Below are positions 35,367-48,299 of a stretch of DNA of 64,000 nt, piece by piece. The notes under the pieces were generated by a model, which did no database searches, was not told the DNA's origin, and was given only the letters and a program-made list of their open reading frames with translations. The stretch comes from Callorhinchus milii. Lineage: Eukaryota. How positions within the stretch are numbered: the first letter of the stretch is position 1; each line of letters begins with the position of its first letter. Where the stretch lies: positions 108,378,001 to 108,442,000 of the forward strand of contig NW_024704743.1 of the NCBI RefSeq assembly GCF_018977255.1, read 5' to 3'. A program made the position numbers and the translations under genes.

Positions 35367-38300
35367 CAAATGCTCTGTAATTTGGACAAGTCAAGCTTAT
35401 TGTCTTTAATGCTTTGTTCAGTTCTTCAAAAATATCCACTTCCATGGTTAAAACAAGCTGATGTAAACCAAGAAGTTCCTCAATTATATATAAAAATTTC
35501 ATTGATATACCTAATAAAGATGTGCTGTGTCAGTTGATTCACAACTTTCATCCAGTACTAATGAAAAGTACTTACTGATGGAGACAGAATATATAATTTG
35601 CTTTGACACGTCACTAGACAGCTCATCAATCATTCTCAGAACTGTGTTTCGGAAAAGTGCAATTTCATTTACCATTGTTTTAATTTTGGGATCACCAGTA
35701 TGTGCAGCAAAAATTAACACTCTCTTCAACTACTGCTTTCACATCTAAATAAGGTTTTTTCTTCTGAGCTAGTAGACGGGAGTTTCACAGGATGCCTTGA
35801 ATATAGATGTCATTTCCTTCTTTTTAATAAAAAAAGGCTGCTGTGCTGAGAGGCTGATCTTTTTTTTGGAAATAAAATCTCTACGCAAAGCTGACCTATT
35901 GGGATATTTTGGGTTGAATTCAGCATGGGTTTGCCTAAAATATCGCTCTAAATTAATTTTTTAGGCACAGCAACTGTAGAATCGCAAGCCAAGAATGCTG
36001 ATTTTGAAGCTCTCCCTTGTGTAAACAAGAACCGATCTTCCCAAGATTGATTAAACTCTCTCAACGCGATGTCCTCTCCATATTTTCTTTTTGACGTATG
36101 GGGCTTACTACTCGACATGTTTGGGGGTAAAAATCAGCCCGGTGTCTACACATGTGGAAACCCATCACCATGCTTAAGAGTATCCAAATCAAGCTGAGAT
36201 TTCCATCAAAAGTATTTTGAAGGAGGGTTCCTACTTTTATTTCATGTTTCAATTAACTTGATTTTTCTTTATATAAGCCACACTCTAAATGTTTCCTTTG
36301 TAGATTTTATTTCAAAAATGCGCTTCTTAAAAGAGAGAAAAAATAAGAAGAATCTTCATATTTATCATACCATCAAAATGTCTCAATGAGCTTCACAGGA
36401 TATTTTATACTTTTTAGTGATTGTATATTTTAGGCAATCATGGCAGTGAATAATTATATATTTGGCCCAGCAATATGTTTTTTGCTCGGCCGGGTGTCTG
36501 ACACATGCAGAAACCCATCACCATGCTTAAGAGTATCCAAACCAAGCTGAGATTTCATGCATCCCACCTACACATGGAAATCCCAGAGATAGATTGATGG
36601 AATGGTATGCACACTCTCTCCCTGGAGGGACACATCCTGCTTACCTAATTCTGGAACGTATTAGGCGCAATTTAGCGAGAGCCAATGCTTATAATGCCTT
36701 ATTGTGAGGTTGTGACATCTCAAAGCCCTTCACTTTGTAACTAGAGTGATTGTATTTTGTAGCATCAAATTTCCCCCAGTAAAATATCATGTAAGGGGGA
36801 TATTAAATATAAACTGAGTTCTTGTCGGATCCTGTTTTTTCTCTCGCACTTTGCATACTCTTCAACTCAGTGAAATTAAAGGTGTAATTTCATTTTGCAG
36901 GCAGATGTTCAACTCCTTTCAGTTGAGCAACAGATTAAAACCTATTAGTCAAGGAAGCAATGTTTTCAAACCATGTTGGAAAATTATCGGAAAAAAAAAG
37001 CAATCGCAGCCATTTCCTAATTAAAGAGAATGGAGGGGCTTCCCTTGGCAAATTTGATGGATGGAAATAACCGGAGAAATTATAGGAAAGAGCGGGAGCC
37101 ACCAGGTGGGAGATTAAAAACAATCACTACATTAGATGGATGTGAGTAGTGTACCAGCTAATTATGAAATGGACCTCTGTGCCTCTTGTGTATTGTGGCA
37201 ACTGAGATGTGAAATTTTTGAACCTCTGCCTATTTTACACTGTTTCCGCATTTGTGTAGAGAACTCCTGCCAAACTGAGATTTTGCAAATGCGCAGCACC
37301 GTTGAGTAAACTGTGGATGACGTTAGATGTTTGCCCATCCTACAAATTGTTCTCCTGCAAATACAGTCACTACGCATTATAGTAAAATCCTGTGCAGTGC
37401 TTTGGACATTTCTATGACATGATATGGCACTATATCAAATGTAAGGCTTATTATTATTATATCTGCAAACATCATTGTAAATGTATTTGCACAATGTCTA
37501 CTACCAAAATAAGTATAGCAGAGCTAGAGTGATGTGCCTGAACATCAGACAACATACTTATGCTTTGAACTATTTCAGTGTGATAAAGTACAGCAAGTTG
37601 TTCTTTCTCATTTTCTATCCAACTTTGGTGGTGCTCTACATTATAACTCATGGCCTAAGTTCCACAATTTATACTAGTGGCAGTGCATTTGCACAACAGA
37701 CTTGCTTAATACCAGGGTCAAGGTGTCGTATTGCTGATTTGGTCAAAATCTCTTGCAACTGCATTCAATTTGTCAAAGATTTCTTTTTAATAACGTAGTT
37801 ATAAGAAGAACTGGGACCTAATCTTTAATTGTAATAGAAAGTCACACTTCATCAAAATAACAATCCCCAAGAATGATAAAAAGACAAAGACTTACTTTTT
37901 TTCCAATGAGTCCTGTTGGAACAGGAAAAATGTACTGTTTAAAAACATAGTGAAACACACTGATAGTTTTAAAGAACAAAACAAGAAAGGGTGGCTCTGT
38001 GAGGTTATAGTTAATGTGTTCCTCTATAAACAACGACACTGACAATGCTATTTATAGAGTTAATTGCTGTAATCAGGAACCCTCAATATTCTTTTGATTC
38101 GATATATCTTAAATACCATTTTATTTATTCATATGATGTGCTGTATAAGACAATGAATATACACAAACCATGCTACCAAAAGGACCCACCAATCATTGTT
38201 CCTTTTTGTCAGTGCGAATGCAGAGAAGAGAACTTTCTCTTGTAATAGCTTCTCTTCTTGTCACACTGATGCAACCAAGAAAAGCATAAATTGGCAAAAC

Positions 38301-38384
38301 TATGTAGCCTCTTGGAAACTCTGAACTGTTGAGTGTGCTGACTTACAATGAATGACTGATTCCTTCAATAGCAGCTCACATTTT

Positions 38385-38685
38385 CTAAGCTGACACTCCA
38401 ATGCAATGCTGGAGGTGTGTTGCATTGTCAGAGGTGCCGTCCTTCAGATTCAGTCTACCTGGCTCAGGTGGACATTAAAGAACCCATGGCACCATTCAAA
38501 AAGAGAAGGGAGTTTCTCCCAGTGTCCTGGCCAACAATGCCCCAAGTAATATTAGTCATTCTTTTCATAGCTGTGTGCTTTGTGCAATTGGGCTGCTGTG
38601 TGTATTCACCTACAGATACACAGTCACTCCACAGCAAAATCTCGTGAAGCACCTCGGGATGTCTTCCAGATGTGAAAGCACTCTA
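38385..38685 (+). mobile_element. DeuSINE-type SINE (headless)
   Basis: caggtggacattaaagaacccatggcaccattcaaaaagagaagggagtttctcccagtgtcctggccaac. Confidence 0.8.
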
Positions 38686-39335
38686 CACCTCACGGAGCCA
38701 ATATAGAACCTTGGCATCATGTTTGAATCTCAACTGTCCTTCATCCCCCACATCCGTGCCATGACCTGCTACACCTTCCCCCACCTCCGCAAAATTGCCC
38801 GGCTCCGCCATTGTCTCTCACCGCAGGCCACCGAGACCCTGATCCACGCATTCATCACATTCAGGCTCGACCACGCAAACTCCCTGCTTGTTGGCCTCCC
38901 CATCTCCTTCCTCCACAGGCTACAAATCATCCAGAAGTCTGCAGCCCATGTCCTCTCCCGCACCAGGCTCCGCTACCCCATCACCTCCATTGTCGCCCGG
39001 CTTCATTTGGCTTCCCATCACTCAGAATACAGTTCAAGATCCTAGTCCTCACATTCAAAGTCCTCCATTCTCTTGCTCCTCCCTACCTCTGTGATTCCTG
39101 ACCCCCTATCAACCTGTCCGCTCCCCCGCTCAGCAGGTTCCGGCCTGCTGCACGTCCCCCGCCTTGCCCGCCCCACCATTGAACGGGTGGGTCTTCAGCC
39201 TCTCTGCCCCCACTCTCTGGAACTCCATTCCACAGTCTCTGCGCCTCGCCTCTCCGCCCCCCCACCCACCGTTGCCTCCTTTAAGACCTGTCTCAAGACC
39301 ATCCTCTTCGACCATGCCTTTGTTCATCCTCTTAC
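38686..39335 (+). mobile_element. L2 LINE 3' fragment
   Basis: LRKIARLRHCLSPQATETLIHAFITFRLDHANSLLVGLP. Confidence 0.9.
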
Positions 39336-40199
39336 CCCTATAGCTTACCATTGAGAGCACAGCCTGGCAAGCTTTCCCACTGCTTGTCCAGCAAGGATTA
39401 CCCTACCTTCAGCTTCCAGGGTTATCAGGAACTGAGTGGAAACAATCCCTGCCCCTAGTGAATGGTCTGCATTTCCAAGTCCTGCCAATGAGCCAGGCTG
39501 GCTAGTCTGTCATCAGCTGTGCTCTTGAGTACTATAGTAACCCGCTTGGCTCAGGAAATGAATTACCAAGACAGCCACAGAGCGTTGAACCAATTCTGTC
39601 TTTCTGCTGCAAAGCATGTCACCTTAAAGCCATCTTAGCTCAGACACTAAAAAAAGCAAGCCCTGCAACTGCCCAATGCCTGGCCAGGCAAGCACGGTTA
39701 GCTTCCATTGCTGTGAAAACAAAGTAGTGAATAAAACCTATGGATCGCTCTTGTAACTTTTCCCTTTAATTTAAAGAAAAACTGAATCAAACTAGCCGAC
39801 TGTGGAGTAATCGAAAAAAAGTCAAATGAAACCAGACTGTGAACAAGCTATACAATCGCTCACAGCTTGTACGTACGTACTGCATTTCAGCTGTGCTTAT
39901 TATAATGGGTATTTAAAAAGTTATTTTTCGTTGCAGCTGTTAAACGTTTTTCTTATTTCCTTAAACCAAACCACAGTACAGTGGAAAAGACTCATATTCA
40001 TTTCAGTCGCCTGTGGGCACCTCAAAAGAAAGGTCGTGCTTCACCGCAGAACCTGGGATGTCCCAAATAATTCACATGAAAGTCAGCAAATGGTGTCAAA
40101 AAGTGAGAGCATTCAAGTTGAGCTGGTTTACTGAATTTGAATAATATCTTCTACTTATTTATTCATTCCACTCAGAGGCGGGGAAGTGAGGGAGGAGTA

Positions 40200-40532
40200 A
40201 TATAATAACCTTATTATGATAATCATTCCATTTGATATAGCTTGTACCTCATCTCACAAACACAGCGAAATGACTAACCAATTTTAATCTGAGGAATTTG
40301 TGGCCAGGACACTGAGTCAAGCTCCCTTCTCTTATCAAAATAGTGCTATGGAATCTTTAATCTGGTCAGGCAGGTCGAACCTCAGTTTAACACCTCATCT
40401 GAAGGATGCAGCCCACCCCCAACACTGCATTAGAGTGTCAGCCTAGACTGTGAGCTCCAAGTCCCGATGTGGGGTTTGAACCTGCAACCTACTGATTTAG
40501 AAGCAAGATCGCTACTGACTGAGCCAGTCTGA
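40200..40532 (-). mobile_element. DeuSINE-type SINE
   Basis: Antisense Deu core and head (gtgtcagcctagac...ggtttgaacctgcaacc). Confidence 0.75.
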
Positions 40533-40650
40533 AATAGGCTACTTTGTGTGCAAACCATCACCTGTAACCAAACACTGTTGAGGCTGTGCGCAGTAGAGGA
40601 ATGCAACTGTAAGCCCCATATATTAAAAATAACTCACCCAATGCCTAAAA

Positions 40651-40792
40651 TGGAGTCTGTAGCTCAGGTTAGAGTAGTTAGAGCACTCGCCTCGCAAGCG
40701 AGAGACTTGGGATTGATTTCCGGCAGGGTGAAACTTTGGGCAAGTTTCCGGTTGTAGGAACCCGGTTGTTTAGTCAATTGGAGGATCGCTTC
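40651..40792 (+). mobile_element. tRNA-Ala SINE 5' part
   Basis: gagcactcgcctcgcaagcgagagacttgggattgatttccggcagggtgaaac. Confidence 0.85.
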
Positions 40793-41959
40793 CCCCCCTT
40801 CCCCCACCCAGTTGCTGTCAACTTGCAACCACCCAACTCTTACTCAAGGCTGCATCACTGACATGTTGACCACTGTCAACCCCCACACACACAAAATGGG
40901 GTTAATAGTTTAAAGCAGGGTGGTCTAACCTTTTGGCTGCCCAGGGCTAGGTGCCCAATTTGGGAAACGTCCCCGGACCGCATGAGCAATATTTTTGCGT
41001 TTCCTTTCCAGAAACAGCATAACATTTACACTGCACAACGTGGCCCCCTTTGTTGGATGGTGTGGAATAAACCTCAATGTGTTTCGGAAGCAAATGCTAG
41101 CACATAATACACATCACACATGCAGTACAGTCACTGTAGACTTACCTTGCCGGTCAGGTTGGGATCCGCTTTCTTTACCAAAAGCAGCTGAACAATTTCA
41201 TCCTTTGAGTGGGCTGCAGCCAAATGCAGAGCAGTGCGTTCGTCCTGAAACAAAAGAACCGGGAATGTGTTACAACAAAGCCAAGACATTGGGGGTAAGC
41301 ATCACCTCAAATCATAAGAGCTTAAGAGGACATGGAAAGTCTATTTAGTCTATTCAAGGCTATTCTTCTGACAAGAATGTCCATCCAACAAGCATTGTCC
41401 ATTGATCCCATACCATCCTCAGCCTTTGTTCGCATTTAATTGAATTCGTCCAACTCGGTTTTCAGCAATTTTGTTATCTAAGTAAGCAAAAAGTTACTGG
41501 GGGAAGGAAATTCAACACAGAAAATGCCCCCTGCCCCCCATTCCCCCACCCCTCTCCCACCCAGTTGCTGTCAACTTGCAACCACTCAACACTTACTGAA
41601 GGCTCAATCACTAACACACACACACATACAAAATGGGCTAATAGTTTAAAGCAGGGTGGTCCAACCTTTCGGATGCCCTATTTGAGAAATGAACGCGGAC
41701 CGCACAAGCAATATTTTTGTGTTACCTTTCCAGAAACATAACGTATACACAGCGACTTTTTCACGTAGGAAGGACGTCTCAAAGCTCTCGACACTGCTCG
41801 CTAGGCACCCGAGTTAGGGGTGGGAGCCGTGGGAGGTGGGATGAGAGGGGAAAAGATGACCACAAGCATGGACAAAGAGTTAGGTCTTAAAAGAGGGGAG
41901 GGAGGGAGCAAGTTGGAGGGACTCCAGAAATGGAAAAATAAATTTTTCCAGAATTTATT

Positions 41960-42276
41960 TCTCTCAAGTGAGAGGAACCGGGTTTGATTCCTGGGCAGGG
42001 CGAAAAGTTAGGTAAGTTTACTTACTCCACACTCTTCTGTTTACCTAGCAGTAAATAAGAAGCTGGTTGTTAGTTGATTGGTGAATCGCTTTTCCGGTGG
42101 TAAAAAATATCATCTGGTCACTCAATCTTTGTAGGACACTGTTGTGTGCAATTGGCTGCCCCGTTTCGCCCACAAAATATACAGTCAATTTACTCTACAG
42201 TATTTTCTGTGAAGCTTTTTGCGACGTCTCAAAAATGTGATAAAGCGCTATATCAAATGCAAGGATTATTATTATT
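41960..42276 (+). mobile_element. tRNA-Ala SINE
   Basis: gggtttgattcctgggcagggcgaaa...tgtttacctagcagtaa...tail. Confidence 0.88.
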
Positions 42277-42409
42277 GCTTACTTGGCAGGTTGCCCTGTT
42301 CCATGTCACTCATTGCCTCAGAGTGTAAACTGCTGGTCCCAGGGTGGACCGTAGCAGGTTGCAGAAATATAGAATGGGTTGGTGGTAACATTGATTCCTG
42401 TGCTATCAG

Positions 42410-42872
42410 AGTATAGCTTAGCTCCATCGGTAGCACTCCCTTGCTCCTTTGAGTTATTATTGCTGTTGCAATGGCGTTGGTCTCTGAACACAGAGTGTAT
42501 TTCTGGAAATGCCATTGCAACGGGACTTTGATCTCATAGTTTTAGCTGATATTCCAATGTAGGGGTGGGGAGGGGAAAGAGCACCGCAGGTACTGTCCTC
42601 TGGACGATACGTTTAACCGAGCTCCCGTAGACCTGTACAGGTGGATGTTAAAGATCCCATGGCACTGTTTGAAAAGAAGATACTGTTCCTCCCAGTGTCC
42701 TGGCCAACGATCCCCCAAATAAAATTGGTTAATTCACTTCATAGCTGTTTGTGAGATATTGTTGTTTGCCTGCAAAATCCACAGTCACTACATTTTACAG
42801 TAAATTCTGTGAAGTGCTTTAAGACATTCAGATGCCGTTATAAGGCACAATATCAAAAGTAAGGGTGATTAC
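42410..42872 (+). mobile_element. DeuSINE-type SINE
   Basis: caggtggatgttaaagatcccatggcactgtttgaaaag. Confidence 0.75.
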
Positions 42873-43827
42873 TATCTGTGCTGCTTATCTTCAGACAAAG
42901 TCATCAATAAAAAAGCTTGAAGAAAAAACATTCGGGAAATTTTCTGGGCAACACATGAGGCCTTCTCCAGACATTAACCTGTCTGAACTAGAGGATTCAC
43001 AAAGACACAGGATCCTGTATGATTGCCCAGTTGGCCACCATTGTCTTAATGGCATGGAATATATTTGGGATTGTTGTCATTCAAAATTAAGCTTTCTTTT
43101 TGTTATTCTCAGCATTAATTATGATGACAAAACGCAGTGACTTCTGGAAAGCTTTACTCTTCCCCTTGCATATTAGGTTAGCGCTTGTCGTGCAAGCTCC
43201 AGGTTTCTCCTAGTAATTAATGTCTGCCTGCCAACTGAATTGGTAATTCTTCAAAATGAACCTCTCTTTGTATCTTTTGATGTTGAGACTCTGTTTCAAG
43301 GGTAGTAATTAAATTGTCCAGGCTTTGAATTCCAAGTATTCTGCCTGTTTCAATGGAGCAATTTATTGACAAATTCAGGCCTTTATTTGAGCTCTGACAA
43401 GCTAATGGGAGGACCACACAGTGTCTGTAATTTTTTTTCACAGTCCCACTGATCTGCGGCGAAAGGGAAACAACCTCTACTGAAAAATAGTTGCACTGAC
43501 ATATCTTTATTCTTAGGTTGAAGACAGCTGGGCGACTACATAAGCACAATGAAAGCAGTGCCAGATGTACAAAAGTAAGATTTTTTTCAGCCACTAACAC
43601 AATTGCAAATAAAGGCAGAATAATTGGGCAAATGTTTTGGGGGAGAATTTAATATAGTCATGTCCTCTGCCTTTGAAATCTGCAGAACGTGGACAAACAC
43701 GTTTCAGGACTGACAGATAAAGGACACAAAATAGATTTTATTTTTGGGGAGCTAAATTTTGTGAACAAAGTTATCGCTGAAAATTTAACATTTTCTCATT
43801 TTACAAATAAAATATACTACATTATAT

Positions 43828-44085
43828 AGATGAGAGCTAACTTTCCACAGTTGAACATCAACAAGACTGAGGCTTTCCTGATTGGCTCCCATCAGTGCCT
43901 CTACACCTCAGACACTGGCAGCATCACCATCCACGGATGCACATTCCACCTCACTGAGCCAGTCCGGAACCTAGGCATCTTGTTTGATCCTCAAACTGTC
44001 CTTTCTACCCCACATCTGTACCATGAGCTGCTCTGCCTTCCCCCACCACTGCAACATCACCCGGCTCCGCCACTGCCTCACCCCT
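43828..44085 (+). mobile_element. L2 internal fragment
   Basis: MRANFPQLNINKTEAFLIGS...VRNLGILFDPQ. Confidence 0.88.
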
Positions 44086-44422
44086 AACTGTCTCAAAGCG
44101 CTTCACAAAGGCCATGAAGACCAATGTCCTACAAAATGCCATGAAGTGAATGGCCAATTGTATCTGAGGCATTGTTGGGCAGGACACTGAGAGAAACTCC
44201 CTGTTCTTTTCAAATAGAGCCACGGGAAATTTAACATCCATCTGAAAGGGAGACTGGACCTTGTTTAATGTCTCACTCTCTGATGATGCATCATTCCTCC
44301 AGCAGCAACACGCTGGAGTATCGACCTAGACTTATAAACTCAAGTCCCAACGTGAGGCTTGAACACCTCTCAACATTCTGGATTAGAGTTGAGAGCGCTA
44401 CTGACTCAACCAGGTTGACACG
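44086..44422 (-). mobile_element. DeuSINE-type SINE
   Basis: Antisense core and head, directly abutting the L2 fragment. Confidence 0.75.
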
Positions 44423-45224
44423 CTTTGTCCTGTGTAATTGAGAGACTCAGACAATCAAGAACAACACTGCATCTAAATCATGGAGTGAATAGTCTAGTGA
44501 GCAGGTTCTGGGTAATAAAAGCGGTAAAAATAGCTTGGTTGTTCTGTGGGAGGAAAAATTGTGACTTGTGATGTGCTAATTTATATGTTAAAGTGTTAAT
44601 TTTAAGCACTTTAATATGGTCTCCTGACATGAAAAAGGCAATAAATTGTATTGTTAATTCTCACTGGTGTTAATTAATACATCAGTGATGACTGGCTCAT
44701 ATCCTCTTTGTCTACCTTGAGATCCTTCTATAGCAAACAGTAAAGATGAGCAACTAAATGTTCTGATTCAGAAAGTTTACACATGGAACTGAAACTTCTG
44801 TCTTTAAATTTGAATCCAGAAGTTATCCTCTTTCTGCTAATGTGCAATACTTCTGAACTAATGCTTTCAATTTATGTGGAGCAGCCATTGAATGATATTG
44901 TTACTGAGATCTTGGATCGTAAATAAAACATAAGATTCTTTGAATTTAATTTATTCCGTGCATAGTTTTTTGAGTTTTACTTTTTGAAGCCTTAGTCTTA
45001 TTAATATTTGATGGGCATTACATACAGATGGAAGAGACTAATTACCCCCAAAATGCACATTTTAGCAAGAGATTCAGAACCAAAATTCAGATTATCAGTT
45101 GTGCAAGCAAGTTCATCCAAACTGAGTGTGTTTGCCATAATTCATATGGATTTGCATTTAGCTACTTTCCTTTAATAATAATAATCCTTACGATAGTGTC
45201 CGATGGCGTATACTGGCATCATAA

Positions 45225-45560
45225 GCAAGTGGACCTGGGTTTGATTCCCGGCAGGGAGAAACATTAGACAAGTTTCCTTACTCCATGCGCCTCTGTTTAC
45301 CTAGCAGTAAGTAGGAATCTGGTCGCTGGTCAATTGTAGCGTCACTTTCTGGGGGTAATAATCCCTTCAAAAATAGTAATAAGTTCACAATTTGGTCACT
45401 CATTCCACGGTTGTTGTGGGACACTGCTGTGCGCAATTGGCTGCTGCATTTCGTCCACAAAATATATAGTCAATTCACTTTACAGTGTGTTCTGTGAAGC
45501 GCTTTGGGACGTCCTCCCGACGTGAAAAGCGCTATATCAAATGCAAGGATTATTATTATC
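45225..45560 (+). mobile_element. tRNA-Ala SINE with an L2-identical tail motif
   Basis: Ends gctttgggacgtcctcccgacgtgaaaagcgctatatcaaatgcaaggattattatt. Confidence 0.9.
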
Positions 45561-47411
45561 ATCATTATCCTGCAAAGGGCTTTAAGACGTTTCAATTATG
45601 TTATAAGGCAAGGATTACTGATATTTATAATATATACATATATATAGATATATAAATTGATATATCTAAACAGATTCCAATATTTAAATTGTTTTTATCT
45701 GTTGAGACCTTCCTGATGCTTCAATTTTTTTGATTAGCCAGACACATGTGGAGACCCTTCACCATGCTTAAACATATCCAAACCACTGTCTGGAAAGCTT
45801 CCCCATAGCTTCCCCAGCTAGGACCACCTTACACATGAAGGCTTTGACTTGCAGGGTTAACGGGAGCTGAGTGCACTGTCTGGTCAGTAACTGGTCTGCC
45901 CTCCCAGGCTGGCTGTGCTGTCATCAGCAGTGTCCTGGCTCAGGAACTGGATTACCAAGACAGAGTTGGCTCAATTCTGACATTCCATTGCCAAACATGT
46001 CACCTTGGAGCAAATTCAATTTGAAGGAGACCCTGCTCACTAGGATAGTCACTATTTGGTCATTTGCTATCTGACGAGCTCAGGTTTGAGCCTTCACTAG
46101 GTGGATGGCAGGTACAAGGAACTCTTTACGAGCTTCCTGGTAGGCAACACAGTTCAGCATGAAATGTGTGAGATCTGCCTGCCTACAACTCGGACACACA
46201 TCCCTTTCAATTGGTTCCACCAGTTGGAGGTATGGAACTTGAGCAGCAATTAATTACCTCTCTGCAAACCAATCAAGGTGGATTCCAGCTGCTGGATGTA
46301 TGAACATGTGTTCATGAACTCGGACTCCAGATAATGCCTTCCAGCAACTGTTGCCCCAAGCCTCAGAGTTTCTTCATCAGCTACCTGACGGATATCTGCT
46401 TTCAGAATGGTGGGAAGACCTTTACAGAACAGCTTATGACATACCAGCACCTTGATGTTCTTAAGTTCCAAGCCCAATGCCAGGTACCAGTCTTTCTCAA
46501 CAGCAGATGCTTAATCCAGGTCCTCATGTGAGGGGCTTTGGAAAATAGACGTGTCTGCCCTGTGAAGCTGCCTCCACCCCTGAGTACTCAGCGACAAGTC
46601 AGTGTAGGTTGGAGCCCTCCCTCTTTGCAGCCGCTTTCTATGGTTGCTTGATCCCCGACTTACAAATGGGCCACAGAAATAATAATAATAATAATTAGAA
46701 AGCCTCCATTGCATCCCCAGGAGTCACTTGCATAAAGGAGGACTGTTTGCATACAGATCTTACATGCAACAAACCTGACCTGAGCAGAAAGTCAATCAGG
46801 TAAGAGATTAACAAAGAGGAATTATCTATAATATAATAATTATCATTGTTGGTAAATTATAAATAGCACATCACAGGTCTCAAATTTCACCCCACAGATA
46901 GAAACGAGTAACCTGAATTACATTTTAATAGGTTAATGTGAAGACTCTGTGATAGACATTTCAGTTTTTCTTTTTGTGAACATATCTTGCTTGCTTCATC
47001 ATGAGATTACACAAGGATCATTAGATTATGAATGCAACGCTATAGATTTCATTGCATTTGTCTCTTTTGTGCCCTGATCAAATTTAACTTCCAGCAGTTT
47101 CCTGAGGATGGCAACTTCATCCTGCCACAATATTGCCTTGTTGATTCAGACACTTACTCATATGACTCTGCCCTTCTGTAGGTTACCTTAAGTAACCTTT
47201 CTGATGAAACATCCTTCACTCTGCATGAAAGACTTCTGATAACGCCCTCTACTTCTTAGAACGAACAGATTCAAAGTATTGCAATGGAAAACTTCTTATC
47301 TTTTAGCCACTGCATTGTGATGGGAAACAGCCAAACAGTTCCTCAGTCTGCCTGTTAGTGTACTATGACTAATATTTAAAATCTTAGTGGACCACTTTAT
47401 TTTTTTACCTG

Positions 47412-47702
47412 CCGAGCATCTGCCACATATGAAAACCCATTAACATGCTTAAAACCAGACAGAGTTTCATGCATGCCACCCAAACATGGAAATTACCATG
47501 TCTGGAATGGAATGTGCATTCTCCCTGGAGGGACGCAAGCTGCTTACCTAATTCCAGACAGTATTAGGTGTAGGTTATCAAGAGCCAAGGCTTGGGAATC
47601 CCAAAGTGTGTGTTGGGGGCACTGCTGGAATCTTACTAGCTAACACCAAATAGCTTGCCTTTGAGAGCACTGTCTGGCAAGCTTTCCCGCTGCTTGTCCA
47701 GC
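47412..47702 (+). repeat. Unclassified interspersed repeat (longest of about 6 local copies)
   Basis: Overlapping similarity with 36136-36205, 36488-36690, 39339-39580, 45738-45965 and, on the minus strand, 6314-6520. Confidence 0.75.
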
Positions 47703-48299
47703 TTGAGCTTTGGCTTGAGGGTTAGAGGGAGCCAGGTGGGAAGATATCCAAAACTGATTAAGTTGTGATGGAAACGCTGTTGAGCAGTATAAATTGACTT
47801 TTCATTTATCTTAGGGAGAGCACTTCGCCACACCACAGGAAAGTGTTTGAGGCTTGATGCAGAATTCATTAAGGGCTCTCGCGCAAAGTTGCGGTTATTC
47901 TTCAGAGGTTACTCTGAATGCTTGAAGTTGCACTGCCTGAGGCACTGGCACAGCTATCTAGTTAAAATTCAGCACCATCATGAAAATTATACACCTGCTG
48001 TGCAAACTAAACAAAGCTCGATGCAATTTTGTCGACAGCACTTTGCTTGCCTTCAATTAGATGCTGCCATTGTCAAAAGATGTGCTACCGAGGTAGTGGT
48101 ATATTGGATGACAGAGCATTTGTCTGCTGCTGTTTTATTCCCAGCACTTGCAGTGACTGCTCATATTAAGCAACCACAATAGTTTATTAGACTTATCAGG
48201 CAACAACAATTTGCATTTACATAACGCCCCTCACGTGTGGTAGAGTGTTGAAATGCTGATCGGAGAGACCAAGGAAATAAAATGCAGACATTAAACTTA

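Larger units (their letters stand above)
33750..36118 (-). mobile_element. Decayed hAT (Charlie/SPIN/GTF2IRD2-like) DNA transposon
   Basis: Minus-strand motifs in order: MSSSKPHTSKRKY...REFNQSWEDRFLF (ATG at 36118), KYFSLVLDES, SICTDGAPAVTG, WLSDLAFLTNITGHFNNLNAPLQG, FWKFVPKSDFPKL, FGSTYTCEQSFSSMNFIK. TIR-like cagtgatggccaagctttt at 33750. Many stops, frameshifts and deletions. Confidence 0.92.
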
